From assembly GCA_043228905.1 (NCBI GenBank), contig JBHGNT010000012.1, forward strand, positions 1,240,001-1,304,000: 64,000 bases of DNA, read 5' to 3'. The position numbers and the translations under genes were made by a program. The notes beneath the pieces were generated by a model, which saw only the letters and a list, made by a program, of their open reading frames with translations, was not told the DNA's origin and did not search any database. Source of the stretch: Azolla caroliniana (lineage: Eukaryota; Plantae; Polypodiophyta). Shown piece by piece: positions 37,301-50,172 of this stretch (its first letter is position 1; every line of letters starts with the position of its first letter).

Positions 37301-37610
37301 ATGCCGGTTGCGGCCAAAGAAGATCGAGGAAGGAGACTGGGTGTTGGTGTACGATAGCAGCCTCGACAACCAACACAGGGCAACACGCAAATTCATGAGA
37401 AGGTGGTTCGGGCCCTATGCCGTAATGAGCGTGAATGACAACGGGACGTATCATCTTGCGGAGCTCAACGGGACACGGTTAATGGTGCCGGTAGCCAGGA
37501 AGTGGATCAAGGTGTTCAAGAAGCAGCATGAGGACGAGCCGGACCCGGGAAGCGTGACCGACGACGTCGACTGGTCCGAAGCAGACGAGGATTCGGGAAA
37601 TGACGGATGA
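31308..37610 (+). pseudogene. G1 gag-protease and RT-RNaseH-integrase, multiple stops and frameshifts
   Basis: IDHG protease; RT GDLYS..D, PQGGTNS, PFL(NN)IPIKG; integrase H..GH..C..C, WMVD, ADRG, GMVER, WFGPY. Confidence 0.9.
32082..32805 (+). mobile_element. Solo copia LTR inserted in G1 gag
   Basis: TGTTAGG...TTGTCA; TSD AAATG; CCGG-rich tandem repeats of about 54 bp at 32150-32360. Confidence 0.92.
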
Positions 37611-38322
37611 TTACGGGCCGATCTTCTCCGGCGAGTGTTAGTATCTGGCCCTTACCGGTGGATGCGTGGTTTGGTGGGGGTGGATGTCGTGAAGAAAACC
37701 GGCCCTAAGGGGAATCAAGGAATTAAAGGCGTGAACTCGCCCTTGTACGAGTGTGTGCGAATTGATACATTGTACGTAACTAGGAATAGGACGATTGATG
37801 TAAATAAACTAGGTATGGCATGTTTATTAGCTAGGAAATCGATGTGTATCTCTGTCCGAAGGGATAGAGAATAAAGTTGATGTGTTTTGATGTAACAGGC
37901 TCCTCGGTGACCTATAAAAGGGAGGGGAGAAGAAGAAGAAAGGGGGAGGGGGGGGGGGGGGGGGTTGAGAGAAAGAAGTGTTGTCGGACTAGGAACCGAG
38001 CTCTCTCCTCCACCACGGTTGTTGTAGGGATTTGGGTTAGATTGGTTGCCTTTGCTGTGCGAAAGCCCGTGTGCTTCTGGTAGAGGCTCCGCCACGTATT
38101 TCAGTGTGTGTTGAGTCTGTCACCGGCTTGCCGGTTGTAACATTGCAAGTAGTAATCTATATTGTTATTGGAATCGATTCTTTCTTTCTTGTCTGTCTGT
38201 GCTCCTACAAATCCCTCTTCCTCTTATCTCTCACGCTCCTCAGTTCAAGGCCCCCGTGGTCCTGCCTTATTTCCAGACGCACGCGCGTAATAAAGTGACA
38301 CCGTCAAGTTGGGGTTTACCGG

Positions 38323-38990
38323 TGTCGTGAAGAAAACCGTCCCTAGGCGGAAACCGAGTTTAGCATGTGTAAACCGGCCCTTGCACGTGAGCGCACTTTT
38401 CGTTGTATAGTAAGTAGGTAGGTGCAAGTTGGCTGAGGTGAAATCCTAGGTAGCACGCATTCAATAGGGAGAGAATTGAATTGTATCTCTGTCCGAAAGG
38501 ACAGAGAATTAATATGATATAACGGGTGATAACGGCCTCCCTCCTTGTGCTATAAAAGAGAGGGAGAGGAAGGAACCAAATATTGCGCGTTGGTGAGGAC
38601 GAAGTGCTGCTGCAGAACCGAGGGCTGAGCTCTCTCTCCCCCCCAATCGTCGTTCTCTGCGGGTGTTGGGAGTTCGCTGCCTCTGCTTCGTGGACAGCCC
38701 GTGCGCTTCTGGTAGAGGCTCTCCCCTTTTTGTTTCTTTGAGTCGGGTGTGTTCTGTCGGTGTGCGTGAGTGGGATCCCCGTGTCGGGTCCATCGCCGCC
38801 TTGCCGGTTGAGTTTGCAATCTCTGAATATTGTAATCTACTGTTACTGTAATTAAGTGTGCCGTTTGTTTCTCTTTCCTCCTCCCTGTTGCGTGTCTGCT
38901 AGATCTCTCTCTCTCTCTCTCTCTCGCTCCTCGGTTCAAGGCCCCCGTGGTCCCGCCTCTTTTTGCACGCACGCGCTTAACAACGCGACA
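38323..38990 (+). mobile_element. Solo gypsy LTR related to G1
   Basis: TGTCGTGAAGAAAACC...AACGCGACA; TSD CCGG. Confidence 0.92.
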
Positions 38991-39721
38991 CCGGAGCCGA
39001 ATCAGAGACACATAGTTGAGGTGCCTTTTAAGTACCAGAGTATCCATTTTATCGCATTCCAGTGCTCCTTGCCAGGATTGCTCATAAACCGGCTCACCAC
39101 TCCGATTGCGTATCCGATATCCGGTCGGGTACACACCATTGCGTACATTAAGCTCCCGACGACAGAGCCATATGGTGTCTTCATCATATCCGCCTTCTCT
39201 GCCTTCGTCTTCGGCCTTTGCTTACTGGATAACCTGCAGTTTGCTGGGAGTGTCGATCCGACCGATTTCGCATCTGACAGGTTGAACCGCTGAAGCACCT
39301 TTGTCACGTACTTCTCATGTGACAGCCACAATTGCTTCTTTGACCGGTCCCGGATGATATGCATCCCCAGTATTTGTCTTGCCGGACCCAAGCCTTTCAT
39401 TGAGAAGGTCCGGTTCAGAGCCTTCTTCAGCGTTTGTATCGTGACTTGGTCTCGTCCGACGATCAACGTGTCATCCAGGTACAAGAGGAGTATCAGGAAG
39501 TCTACCAATGGCTATGACGCATCGATGTTAGAGTAATTTTTTTGAACTACTTCATACTCCCTTTGAACAGTCGATAAACGAGCTAGATGAATCTTGTCAA
39601 GAAGTTGTTCAGGCTTAACGAGCTTGGCGATGATGAAGACTAGGGAAAGCACCCAAGTAGAAGAGGATTTAGCGAAGAAGAAGTGAAGAAACAATATACC
39701 TTCATGTGAATCTTTGAGTTC

Positions 39722-40097
39722 TGTTAGGAAACAGGTTCCTCCGAATGGGAAGTGAGAAGAACAGTGTTGACGAGAATTGGATGCGGAGTACCCGACAACG
39801 GAAGACCCAGTGAGAATCGGATGTGGAGTACCCGGCAACGGAAGACCCGGTGAGAACCGGATGACGAGTACCCGGCAAGGAAGACCCGGTGAGAACCGAA
39901 TGTTGCAGGCCCGGTGAGAACCTCTCACCAGATGAAGGGACATATATGTAAATATGTTCCAAAGAGCCCACTAGGGCTATATTTTGTAAATAGCCGAAAG
40001 TCATATTAGTATAAATATGACCTAGGGCAAACTCAGGATGTAGAGTTGGTTGTGTTGTTATCGTTGTGGCAATAATTCAGAGTGTAACTGTGTACAA

Positions 40098-40131
<34 letters not shown>

Positions 40132-43100
40132 GAGGTCGTTGCCTCTGATGTAACCGCTTGGTGGCGAAGTGAGGGAGCAAGAGGTCGTTGCCTTTGTGCC
40201 CCATTGTTGTAATCTTGATATAGTGATATTTTGCAGTCTGAGGGCTGCCGTGGTTTTTTCCCAGATTTGGGTTTTCCACGTTAACATCCAGTGCACTGTC
40301 TTCTTTACTGTTTCGTGTGTAGATACATCTCACCACATCCCTGATTTCTGTGCTTGATCCGACGTCTCGGTTGTCAAATTGGTATCAGAGCATAGCTTAG
40401 GAAACCGTATTCCTTGTCAAACTGGTATCAGAGCAAAACGACACAGAAAAAATGGACGATTCGTGGGGAGGCATGTTCAAGCTCACCGGCTCCAACTATT
40501 CAGTGTGGAAGTCGAAGATGAGGGACATGCTCGTGGCTAAAGATCTTTGGTTGCCGGTTCAGTTCGGGGACAAGAGACCGGACAAAATCGATGCTACGAT
40601 ATGGGAGGTGATGCACATGAAGACAACGACGTACATACGGTGCTTCATTGACACGAGTCTATACAACAACTTCAATGAAGAGAGCAAGGCTCATGAGCTC
40701 TGGGAGAAGATCCTCATTATGTTTCAGAACAAAAATGTTGTTAATCAGGTTTCGGTATTTCGGAAGCTAGTAAGACTCCGGTACCAAGATGGCTCCAGCA
40801 TGGCGGAGCACATGAATGCCTTCCAGGGGCTGATACACCAGGCAACATCATTGGAAGTACCTCTCGCCGATGAGGTACTAGCACTACTCCTGCTCGGTTC
40901 CCTCCCAGATAGCTGGGAGACATTGGTTGTCACTTTGGGCAACGCCGGGCCGGAAGGAAATGGTTATCCCTAGCAAGAGTGAAGTCGAGCTTGCTAGATG
41001 AGGAGGCGCATCGGAAAGACAAGGATACGAACTCTGACTCCAAAGTGCTCATTACCGAATCGGAACGCGGAAGACAAAGGAACCGTAGTCCCCAGAATCG
41101 GGAGAAGTCGGGGACACAGTCAAAGTCAAGGGGGAGGCTTACCTGCTTCTATTGCGGCAAGCCGGGACACTTCCAGAAGAACTGTTGGCACTTCCGAAAA
41201 GACAAGGAAACCGATGGTACCGATTCGAACCGGACACTGGACCGAAACGGTAAAGACCGCAGGGGGCCGGACCGGAAGGGAATGATGGCAATCGCGGCCA
41301 GTGAAGAAGAGTTGATGCTCATCACTGAGGAGAGTGAGCTAAGCCTTGCCGGCGACGAGATGACCTGGGTGGTCGACTCCAAAGCGTCGTTCCACCTTAC
41401 CCCGGACCGGAAATGCTTCTCATCCTACTCGGCCGGTGATCACGGCTGTGTCTAGATGGGGAATGAAGGTACATGCCGAATTGTCGGCATAGGAGACGTG
41501 TGGTTGATAACACCAACCGGATGCAAGTTGCTGCTGAAGGATGTCTGACACGTTCCGGAGGTTCGACTGAACCTGATATCAGCCGGTCGGCTAGATGATG
41601 AAGGCTACACGGGTAGCATCTGGAACGGAGTCATGAAATTCAGCAAAGGGAGCCTGATAGTGGCTCGGGCCCGGAAGGTCAACACGCTGTGCCTGATGAA
41701 TGCCCGGTTATGCCCGGAAGAAGTGAACGTGGCTTCCGACACTGCCGGTGAGCTGTGGCACAAGAGATTGTGTCACATGAGCGTGAAGGGGATGAAGAGG
41801 CTTGCCGATGACAACCTCATTCTGGTGTAGAACGTGCATCTTGAGAGGTGCACCGACTGCTTGGCTGGTAAGCAAAACCAGACCTCCTTCCGATCAAGGC
41901 AACCGATGAGATGTAATGCACCACTGGAGTTGGTGCATACTGATGTGTGTCAAGTGGACACGAAGTCACATGCCAGATTGCAGTACTTCGTGATGTTCAT
42001 AGATGACCACAGCCAGAAGATGTGGGCCACACTGTTGAAGACGAAGGATCAGGTGCTATCCATCTTCAAAGAGCTCCACGCGAGAGTGGAAAGAGAAACC
42101 GGCCGGAAGCTGAAGGCGGTTCGAGCAGATAACAGAGGAGAATACTGGGGGCAGTTCGAGGAGTATTGCTGCTCGAAGGAAATTTGGCTCGAATTTACTG
42201 TGCCGAAGACGTCGGAACTAAACGGGCTGGCCGAGAGGATGAACCGGACCATAATGGAGAGGGTCCGGAGTATGCTGGTGCATGCAAAATTACCCAAGAC
42301 ATTTTGGGCTGAGGCACTATCGACGACGACATACGTGATAAACAGATCACCCTCAGTACCCTTGGACGGAGACACGCCGTAGAGAGTATGGACCGGTAAG
42401 GAAGTGTCCTACCGGCATCTGAAGGTGTTTGGGTGTCTCGCGTACGTGCATGTAGCTAAGGACCGGAGAGGAAAGTTGGATCCAAAGCCCCGACCATGCA
42501 TATTCCTCGATTACGACAACGATGAGTTCGGCTACCAAGTGTGGGACCTAGCCGACAAGAAGGTATTCCGGAGTCGAGATATTATCTTCATGGAGGACAA
42601 GACGCTCGCCGACTAGGAGTCGGAGAAGAAGATAATGAACTCCGAGTCGACTGGTAAGGATCGATTCTACGATGAGCAAACCCAACCGGCAAGAGACCGG
42701 TTAGCACTTGATGAACCGGCCAGTGTTGGTAAGGAGACAAGACAGGCCGAAGAAGAAGGAATAGGTGAAACCGGAGCTGGCCAAGATCCCGAATCGGATT
42801 TGGATGAAGAACAAATAGTGGAGCCGGTTGCCGACGGCCAAAGATGGAGATATCCTCTCAGAGAGAGAAGGCCCCCTCGGAGATTTCCGGATGCAGAGCA
42901 TGTGCTGCTGACCGATGAGGGAGAGCCGGAAAGCTTCGAAGAAGCGAAGGATGACACCCACAACCACAAATGGTTAAGTGCCATGCAGGATGAGATGGAT
43001 TCCCTGCATGAGAACCATACGTACGAATTGGTGGAGTTGCCAAAAGAAAAGCGGGCACTCCAAAATAAGTGGGTGTACAAGTTGAAACCGGGAGATGCCG

Positions 43101-44837
43101 GCAAACCTCCAAGGTACAAAGCCAAGATCGTGGTGAAGGGGTTCCAACAGAAGAAGGGTGTGGACTTCGATGAGATATTTTCCATGGTAGTAAAGATGAC
43201 TTCCATCCGGACGATGCTGAGCATAGCGGCAAGCATGAACCTCGAGGTAGAGCAGTTGGACGTGAAGACGACATTCCTTCACGGTGACCTCGAAGAGGAG
43301 ATCTACATGCAGCAACCGGAAGGATTCATGGAGAAAGGGAAGGAGCACCTGGTTTGCCGGTTGAAGAAGAGCCTGTACGGACTGAAGCAAGCTCCCCGAC
43401 AATGGTACCGAAAGTTCGACTCCTTCATGACCGACCAAGGGTATCACAAAACACAAACCGATCACTGCGTGTTTGTGAAGAAGTTCGAAGGAGGCGACTT
43501 CCTGATACTTCTTCTATACGTGGACGACATGTTGATTGTCGGACGGGACCAACCCAAAATACGGATGCTGAAGAAGGCTCTCAACCGAACTTTCTCAATG
43601 AAAGACTTGGGCTGGCAAGACAGATACTGGGGATGCACATCATCCAGGACCGGTCAAAGAAGCAATTGTGGTTGTCACAGGAGAAATACGTGACAAAGGT
43701 GCTTCAGCGGTTCAACATGGTAGAAGCAAAACTGGTCAGATCGACACTACCAGCAAACTGCAGACTATCCAGTAAGCAAAGCCCGAAGACGAAAGCAGAG
43801 AAGGCGGATATGGTGAAGGTTCCATATGCCTCTGCCGTCGGGAGCTTGATGTACGCAATGGTGTGTACTCGGCCGGATATTGGATACGTAGTTGGAATGG
43901 TCAACCGGTTTATGAGCAATCCCAGCAAGGAGCACTAGAACGCGGTCAAATGGATACTCCGGTACTTGAAGGGCACTTCGAATATGTGTCTCCGATTCGG
44001 CTCCAGTAAACCTCAACTTGATGGTTTTACCAATTCGGACATGTCGGTTGATGTGGATACTAGCTGGTCTACATCCGGGTATGTAATGACATATGTAGGG
44101 GGAGTTGTTTCGTGGCAATCGAGGCTTTAGAAGAAGGTTGTGTTGTCAACCACGGAAGCGGAGTACATGGCGGCTGTGGAAGCCGACAAGGAAATATTAT
44201 GGATGAAGGACTTCATCGGTGAGCTCGGTATCCGGCAAGATGAATACCGGCTCTATTGTGACAGTCAAAGTGCCATCCACCTTGCAAAGAACGCAGCGTA
44301 CCAGTCCAGGACGAAACACATCCAACGTAGGTATCACTGGATCCGGGAGCGAGTAGAAGATCGAGAGTTTGCGTTGACGAAGATCCACACGGCCGAAAAT
44401 GGGTCAGATATGCTGACCAAAGTACGGATGCCTAACAAGCGGGATGCATGTCGGAAGCGGATTGGACTAGTAAGACATCCCATGCCGGAGTGAAGGGGGA
44501 GTTTGTTAGGAAACAGGTCCCTCTGGATGGGAAGTGAGAAGAACAATGTTGATGAGAACCGGATGTGGAGTACCCGGCAATGGAAGACCCGGTGAGAACC
44601 GGATGACGAGTACCCGGCAAGGAAGACCCAGTGAGAACCGAATGTTGCAGGCCTGGTGAGAACCTCTCACCGGATGAAGGGACATATATGTAAATATGTT
44701 CCAGAGAGCCCACTAGGGCTATATTTTGTAAATAGCCGAAAGTCATATTAGTATAAATATGACCTAGGGCAAACTCAGGATGTAGAGTTGGTTGTGTTAT
44801 TATCGTTGTGGCGATAATTCAGAGTGTAATCGTGTAC

Positions 44838-44879
<42 letters not shown>

Positions 44880-45158
44880 GAGGTCATTGCCTCTGTTGTA
44901 ACCGCCTGGTGGCAAAGCGAGGGAGCAAGAGCTCGTTGCCTTTGTGCCCCATTGTTGTATTCTTGATATAGTGATATTTTGCAGTCTGAGGGCTGCCATG
45001 GTTTTTTCCCAAATTTGGGTTTTCCACGTTAACATCCAGTGCACTGTCTTCTTTACTGTTTCGTGTGTAGATACATCTCACCACATCCCTGATTTCTGTG
45101 CTTGATCCGACGTCTCGGTTATGGCCGAGCATAGCTTAGGAAACCGCATTCCTTGTCA
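39722..45158 (+). mobile_element. Copia B, full length but degenerate; LTRs 39722-40419 and 44504-45158
   Basis: TSD AGTTC; tRNA-iMet PBS TGGTATCAGAGC (duplicated); PPT GAAGGGGGAG. Confidence 0.93.
40452..44493 (+). pseudogene. Copia B gag-pol with many stops and frameshifts
   Basis: CFYCGKPGHFQKNC, WVVDS, LWHKRL, VHTD, SLYGLKQAPRQWY, YVDDML, STTEAEY. Confidence 0.92.
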
Positions 45159-45163
45159 AGTTC

Positions 45164-45659
45164 GAGCTCCAAATGTCGCAAGACAAACATCACAAGTGGT
45201 GAGCTCCTCAAGCCAACAAAAATATCAAAACTCCTAAAAGAAGAAGAAAGAAAGAAATAGTCAAAGAAGGAAAATTGTAGTCAACCAAATCAGGCCGCTG
45301 CCCCTCCTTTTAAAGGGAGAGAGGTGCCTCATTTGCATTAAATACAAATATTCCTCTTTTTCTTTGAAAAGTAAAAAGAAATAAATATTCCTCAATTCGC
45401 ATTGTGTTGGCAAAGATTCAAACTCTTCAAATACAATACTAAGTCAATGGCTTTAACCACTTAAATCCATTCACTTTTATTTATTAAGTTTTCATATACA
45501 AAGTATGTGGCTACCTTTCTTTTGCGTTTTCCTAAGTTTTCCACCTTCGGGCACGCCACAACATGACATCATTGTTATGTTTTCATATACAAAGTACGTG
45601 GAGCTACCTTTCTTTCCTTTTCCTAAGTTTTCCACCTTCGGGCATGCCACATCATGACA
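45164..45659 (-). mobile_element. Probable old LTR (target of copia B; likely continues at 39504-39721), with a 90-bp terminal tandem duplication
   Basis: Minus strand starts TGTCATG; CCTTTAAAAGG TATA-like motif; tRNA-like module at 45413-45472; duplication at 45490-45660. Confidence 0.4.
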
Positions 45660-45814
45660 TCGTAGTTGCATAATGTCTATGCGTGTGCTACTTTCGAACG
45701 TAGACAACACGAATGTAGATTTCTGACGATGACCTCATGATGGATGGTTAACTCACGATATTAGTGCTTGATAAGTTACAAATACCAAGTAAAAGGGAAT
45801 AAATGTTCCAAAGT

Positions 45815-45875
45815 TAATTCATTCGAACTCTAAGCCTCTTGAACCAAGTGAATGGCTCTAACCACTATGTTGAGA
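45815..45875 (-). other. tRNA-like A/B-box module in a probable old LTR
   Basis: CAACATAGTGGTTAGAGCCATT followed by GAGTTCGAATGA. Confidence 0.45.
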
Positions 45876-48800
45876 GATCAAGCTCAACTTAGTTTAGTTA
45901 TTTAGTCAACCATGTAACTTCGTAGTTACCTAGATAGAATCTAGTTAGGAGTGTTGACTATAACGCCTTAAATAGGACCTTGTACTTAAGTGGGATATTC
46001 TAGATCCTCCACTCCTAAGTACATTTAATATAGGACTTACACCTTAGTACCTATATTCTACTCACACATGTGCACCTTTGGACATGAGATGTATATATAT
46101 ACCTCATTGTGGATTTTTTTGTATTTTGATGATGCTTTTAATATAGTTAATCATCCCCCATTTTGTCTCGTTGTTCATAAGTGTTAACTTCCTCTCTCTC
46201 TTCCTGTCACACACATACACACACATATCACTTAATCTTCTTCTGCTTAATCATATAATTAGGTACTAATTAACCCTTGCTTAATTACCTAATTCATAAC
46301 ATGCTATTAGAGAGTTGTCGTGAAGAAAACCGGCCCTAAGAGGAATCAAGGAATTAAAGGCGTGAACCCGCCCTTGCACGTGAACACTGTACATAACTAG
46401 GAATAGGACGACTAATGTGAATATACTAGGTATGCCATATTTATTAGCTAGGAAATCGACACGTATCTCTGTCTGAAGGGACAGAGAATAAAGTTGATGT
46501 GTTTTGATGTAACGGCCTCCTCGGCGACACATAAAAGGGAGGGGAGAAGAGGAAGAAGGGAGCACATTTTGGCGAGGACGAGGTGCTGTCGGACTGGATA
46601 TCGAGCTCTCTCCTCCTCTATCGTCGCTCTCCACTCTATTGTTGGGTCGGTTGCCTCTCTGTTTTTGCGACGGTTGCCTCTGCTGCGTGTAAGTTTGCGT
46701 GCTTCCAGTAGAGGCTCCATCGTACGTTCTCTGTGTCGTGTGTGTGCGCGTGGGTTCTCTGTTTCGGGTCTGTTGCCGGCTTGCCGGTTGTAATCTTGCA
46801 TACATTATAACCTTGCTAGTTATTGAATTCAAACTTTTGTTTTCTCTCTCTTGTGTTCTCGTGAGTTCCCTCTACCTTGTCTGGTGAGCGTGGATCAAGT
46901 TCAGAGACTATATGCATTCGGGTCTTATTTGGCTAGTAACACTGTCGGCAACGAGCAAGCCTAGCCGGCGATACGCTCGCGTATCTCTCTCTCTCCCTTT
47001 TGATCTCTTAAACCCTTCGGTCCAAGACCCCCGCGGTCCTGCCTTAATTTCTCACGCGTGAGCAGAACTACACGACATTAATTCGGTGAACCCGACATGA
47101 AACAAGGCGGCAGAGGAGTTGAAGATGAGGGGATTGGAGCTCGCCGAAGCCATGGCAGCAGTGATTGATCGGATAGTAAGCGCTCGCGAGGGCACAGGCG
47201 CCCTCGACAGGGCCATTGAAGCGGTTGTCGGCGCGATAGGCCAGTTCAATGGTAGGAACGCCATGAGTTATTTGGAGGCCTATCGGGCCGAAATGGTGAT
47301 GAGGGACATTCCGGAAGATAGGCGGTTGGCCGGTTTCCCTCGGGTGGCGACACTAGGCATTCACGTAGAGGTGCTCGAGGTACAAGCTGGATGCCAGACC
47401 TGGGGAAAGTTTGAAGGTCGGATCCTCGAGAAATACGGGCTCGATGACTCGCTTCAGTTATCAAAGCAAGAGTTCATGGAGTGGGTGGAGACCCCCCGAA
47501 AGGCGAGGAACACGTTTGCGCTCCTCTAGGAATTTGAAAAATGGTTCGCTCAGTTGTCGGCGCTCGCTGGACTAGACTGTGCTTGACACGAGCCGGGTCC
47601 TGTTGTTCATCAAAGCGGTGGATGGATTAGACCGGGAGAAAGTGGGTCTCCTATTGGAGACGGACAAAGGGTTCTCAACAGATTGGGCCGTGGTGAAACA
47701 GGTGTATAGTCGTTTTGACAAACGATGTGAATGGAGCGGCGAGGGATCACCAGCAGCAAGGCCGGTCCTGGCAAGGGAGTTCTAGGAGCCGGCATCGGTA
47801 AGGAAAGATAAGACTCGAACTTGGTTGGAGTTGGGTGCAGGACCGTCCGATGTGGTCAAGGGTCTCTCTGGGGGATACGCTCTAGAAGAGCTGACACAAA
47901 TGGTGCGGGATCTCCAAATCGCGCAGGCCCGGAGAGATAGCGGCGAACAGCCTCGTGACCGGAGGCTGCCGACAGGGCAACGATGCATGTGGTGTGATGC
48001 GGTTGGTCACATTCCGAAGGAGTGCACGGATTATGCAGAAGCACTCAGGACTAACGCGGTGTACCTCTGGAATGGGTGGGTACATGCGAGCGAGACTCGG
48101 AAAGCCCTGGAGTTAAATACCGGGCGTGACGGAATGAAGCGGTTCATGGAGGAAGCTGCGACGCGACACGTAGAGGCCGTCCACTACTCCGGGTCGGGGG
48201 CGACGAGGGCCGGAAGGCGAAAGACTCTGGATTCTGGCTGCTAGTGCTAGAAGTCCTCTCCGGGGTTTGGCTGAGGAAAGAAGAAGTGGACTACACAGAG
48301 CAACAGATTTGGGAGGTCACTGGGTGGGGAGATCCGGTTGAAGAGAAGACCGGCTTCGTGGAAGTCGCATGCCAGAACTACGAGGTTCTGGTAGAAGACA
48401 AGCGCGCGGGAAAGGCTGGAGGGGATGGTCCCTCACAACGGTACGAGACCCGGTTCGAACCGAAGCCGAATGATGCTGCCAACATCGGCGCACCAGATAG
48501 AAAGAAGCGGGCCGAATTCCGGCTGAGCACCGAAATCGAGCGGACGACGGACCTACGAAAGGTCCTTGAGGAATGGATCCTCGACAACAAGGTGGAGTTG
48601 TCGTTACGGGGGGTACTCGGGATTGCCAAGAAGGAGTTCAACGACTCCATTGTAGACTTGGTAAAGCGTAAGCGGCTCTCGACGGAGCTGGAGCCGGAGA
48701 AGCCTGTGGAGGTGCGGACAACACGGCCCTAGAGGACGAGTTGGCGGACAACCACTATTCGAAGTTGCATTGGGCCAGAGCCAGTACGGAGACCCCTGTT

Positions 48801-50172
48801 CGGATCGGGGACATTCTGGAGCCGGTGGTGGCATTGATAGACCATGGATTTCTATAAGAAAGGGAAATGGCCGATCAACACGAAGCACGGGTGGAAGATA
48901 CGCGTGGCGACGCGCGCTACGGAGGAGCTACATGGTGCATGCCTGAATGTATGCGTAAAGATAAGCGACGTTGAGATAGATCAACACTTCTTTGTGCAGG
49001 AGACATCCTCACACCTGATGATACTGGGCGAACCGTACATTACGGCGGCACACATGGAAACGAAGGTGCTAAACAACGGTTCGGCATACGCGCGTGTGAA
49101 GAGCCAAGACGGGCAGCGCTCTGTTCAATTTCTGACGGTGAGGCCGAATCATGAGCATAACCACGAGACTTGGCGGTGATAGCCGAGGGGATTTTTAGAG
49201 AGGGCTATCAAGGCGTGGGGCCGCGGTAGTCCGGACACCCAGGAGAAACCCCACACATGTACCATAGATAGGAAATTTTGGTTCTCCGATAATGGAGGTT
49301 GTACTATAACCGGCATCAGCGGCCGGCAAAAGAAGCGGGCGGAGGAGAGATTCCGGGCATGCGGGGTCCTCGGCCCTGGCGAAGAGATTGGCGGCACCAT
49401 GGAGGCGGTCCCCTTCGATGACACCTTGGGGGAATTACGCGGTGTGGTCAAAGAAGGCCTTGGTGAAGACCGGACGATTCCGGTCAGCTCGGTGGAGATG
49501 TACAAAGTCATTGCTGACTTCGGAGAAAGGGTCAAGTCGGACTGAACGGTTCACGTGGATACAAGGTACAAGAATATAGACCGAAAGGTGAGGCCAGTCG
49601 CGGCTCCTTTGCCGGAGGGCAGCAAGGAGCGGATGAAAGGGGTTGCGTCCGACCCAAGTTTGCGTAATCCGGCCAGCATAGGACACCGGTTCACCGACAT
49701 AACGTTACGGGAGCTCAAGGTTGGTAGGGGTGGCTTTCAACTACCGGCGGAGGAGGACTGGTTTCGGAGGATGCTCGGAAGGCACAGGAAGGCCTTCGCA
49801 TTCTCACCAGAGGAGATTGGATGCGTAGACCCGATGATCGTAGAACTGATGGTGATATTCACGGTGCTGCATGTGCCATGGAGTCTCAAACCGATTCCGG
49901 TACCTAGAGCTCACGTCCCGAAGTTGATGCAGCTGCTGAAACAGAAAGTGGAGATGGGCATCCTCGAGCCGTCGAGTGCCCCGTATTCGAATTGATGGTT
50001 CACCGTGCCAAAAAAGAACGGCATGCTGCGCTTCATACAGGACCTCCAACCAGTCAACAAAGTGACCATTCGAAATGCAAGTATTAGACCGGAAGTTCAA
50101 TCTATTCAGTCGGTGATCTATATTCAGGGTATGACCAGTTCCAACTAGCCGTAGAGAGCAGGGATATCACGA

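Larger units (their letters stand above)
30653..38300 (+). mobile_element. Gypsy G1 (Phygy/Selgy-like), full length but degenerate; LTRs 30653-31263 and 37685-38300
   Basis: TG..CA LTR pair, TSD CCGT, PBS 31268-31284, order gag-PR-RT-RH-INT, G-rich PPT before 37685. Confidence 0.92.
29569..39503 (-). mobile_element. Copia A (Tnt1/Tork-like), 5'-truncated; 3' LTR 29569-30169; RT-RNase H pieces at 30170-30652, 38301-38322 and 38991-39503
   Basis: LLLYLDD, YAMVCTRPDI, YCDNQSAIHL; PPT GAAGGGGGA adjoining TGTTAGG; split by two gypsy insertions. Confidence 0.9.

Noticed and set aside
46281-46832. Antisense ORFs in LTRs and opposite gag-pol (also 38550-39134, 42667-43236, 59573-60223)
   Set aside because: Shadow ORFs of GC-rich coding or repetitive LTR sequence with no domain signal.
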